DNA from: Octopus bimaculoides
Lineage: Eukaryota
NCBI RefSeq assembly: GCF_001194135.2
Contig: NC_069005.1
Location: forward strand, 19,431,689 to 19,495,688
Direction of reading: 5' to 3'
DNA: 64,000 bases
Under the pieces are notes generated by a model. That model had not been told where the DNA came from. It ran no database searches and saw only the letters and a program-made list of their open reading frames with translations. Every line of letters begins with the position of its first letter. Position 1 is the stretch's first letter. The translations under genes were made by a program, and so were the position numbers. Below, in pieces: positions 62,605 to 64,000 of the stretch.

Positions 62605-62855
62605 GGGAAAAGAACCAAGGTTCATGAACTCATCGATGAAAATCTACTGTCACATATAGAAAAATTAATAAGTAAAAGCACAATACATAAGTATAATATA
62701 ATACAAAGTAAATATAATTATTAATTATTAAAGATAATAGTATCTTATGATATTTACTTTATATTATACTTATTTATTGTGCTTTTACTTATTAATTTTT
62801 CTGTATGTGACAGTGGATTTTCATTGATGAGTTCATGAACCTTGGTTCTTTTCCC
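62605..62855. mobile_element. Foldback MITE (251 bp) with ~105-bp arms and TA flanks
   Basis: GGGAAAAGAACCAAGGTTCATGAACTCATC...; the right end is its reverse complement with ~4 transitions and a short indel. TA at 62603-62604 and 62856-62857. Confidence 0.88.
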
Positions 62856-63719
62856 TACGTAAAAGCACCCACTACACTCTCTGAGTGGTTGGCGTTAGNN
62901 NNNNNNNNNNNNNNNNNNNNNNNNNNNNNNNNNNNNNNNNNNNNNNNNNNNNNNNNNNNNNNNNNNNNNNNNNNNNNNNNNNNNNNNNNNNNNNNNNNNN
63001 NNNNNNNNNNNNNNNNNNNNNNNNNNNNNNNNNNNNNNNNNNNNNNNNNNNNNNNNNNNNNNNNNNNNNNNNNNNNNNNNNNNNNNNNNNNNNNNNNNNN
63101 NNNNNNNNNNNNNNNNNNNNNNNNNNNNNNNNNNNNNNNNNNNNNNNNNNNNNNNNNNNNNNNNNNNNNNNNNNNNNNNNNNNNNNNNNNNNNNNNNNNN
63201 NNNNNNNNNNNNNNNNNNNNNNNNNNNNNNNNNNNNNNNNNNNNNNNNNNNNNNNNNNNNNNNNNNNNNNNNNNNNNNNNNNNNNNNNNNNNNNNNNNNN
63301 NNNNNNNNNNNNNNNNNNNNNNNNNNNNNNNNNNNNNNNNNNNNNNNNNNNNNNNNNNNNNNNNNNNNNNNNNNNNNNNNNNNNNNNNNNNNNNNNNNNN
63401 NNNNNNNNNNNNNNNNNNNNNNNNNNNNNNNNNNNNNNNNNNNNNNNNNNNNNNNNNNNNNNNNNNNNNNNNNNNNNNNNNNNNNNNNNNNNNNNNNNNN
63501 NNNNNNNNNNNNNNNNNNNNNNNNNNNNNNNNNNNNNNNNNNNNNNNNNNNNNNNNNNNNNNNNNNNNNNNNNNNNNNNNNNNNNNNNNNNNNNNNNNNN
63601 NNNNNNNNNNNNNNNNNNNNNNNNNNNNNNNNNNNNNNNNNNNNNNNNNNNNNNNNNNNNNNNNNNNNNNNNNNNNNNNNNNNNNNNNNNNNNNNNNNNN
63701 NNNNATATATATATATATA

Positions 63720-63726
63720 TATATAT

Positions 63727-63759
<33 letters not shown>

Positions 63760-64000
63760 GTTTAACGTCCACCTTCCATGCTAGCATGGGTTGGACAATT
63801 TGACTGAGGACTGGCGAACCAGATGGCTACACCAGGCAGAGTTTCTACAGCTGGATGCTATTCCTAACATCAGCCACTCAGAGAGTGTAGTGGGTGCTTT
63901 TACGTGCCACCAGCACGATGGCCAGTCAGGCGGTACTGGCAATGGCCACACTCAAAATGGTGTCTTTTATGTGCCACCTGCACAGGAGCCAGTCCAGCAG
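63720..64000 (-). mobile_element. RTE-tail SINE with (GAT)n tail
   Basis: (CAT)n CGTTTAACGTCC...CATGCTAGCATGGGTTGGAC...; near-identical to 29550-29860 and 45405-45560. Confidence 0.85.

Noticed and set aside
4360-63803. Long ORFs of 180-320 aa filled with X (e.g. 4360-5199, 31817-32550, 38808-39644, 62835-63803)
   Set aside because: They are artefacts of translating through N-gaps.

Overview
AT-rich, microsatellite- and SINE-dense eukaryotic genomic scaffold with 10 N-gaps. The repeat complement (tRNA-derived SINEs, RTE-tail SINEs, RTE LINE with a Cys-rich insertion) looks like octopus (coleoid cephalopod); this is an inference, not a database result. Three host genes are supported: (1) an intronless DNAJC24/DPH4 CDS on the minus strand (13668-14090); (2) RPAIN on the plus strand, six spliced exons reconstructed with matching phases (19097-35929), last exon not visible; (3) the 5' part of a beta-glucuronidase (GUSB), exon 1 (48602-48823) and exon 3 (60637-60812), with exon 2 not visible. 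The rest is a nested transposon landscape: Helitrons, a full-length-sized decayed Tc1, piggyBac-type and other MITEs with clear TSDs, a solo LTR, RTE, R4/Dong-like and CRE-like LINE fragments, a Penelope GIY-YIG fragment with a 5' inversion, and head-to-tail SINE arrays. The most notable non-obvious signals are four minimal type I hammerhead-ribozyme-like motifs (best at 5690-5733), oppositely oriented SINE arrays bracketing RPAIN exon 3, and several long palindromes in introns. Most short ORFs in the supplied track are repeat or gap artefacts. Coordinates were counted by hand and repeat boundaries are approximate.
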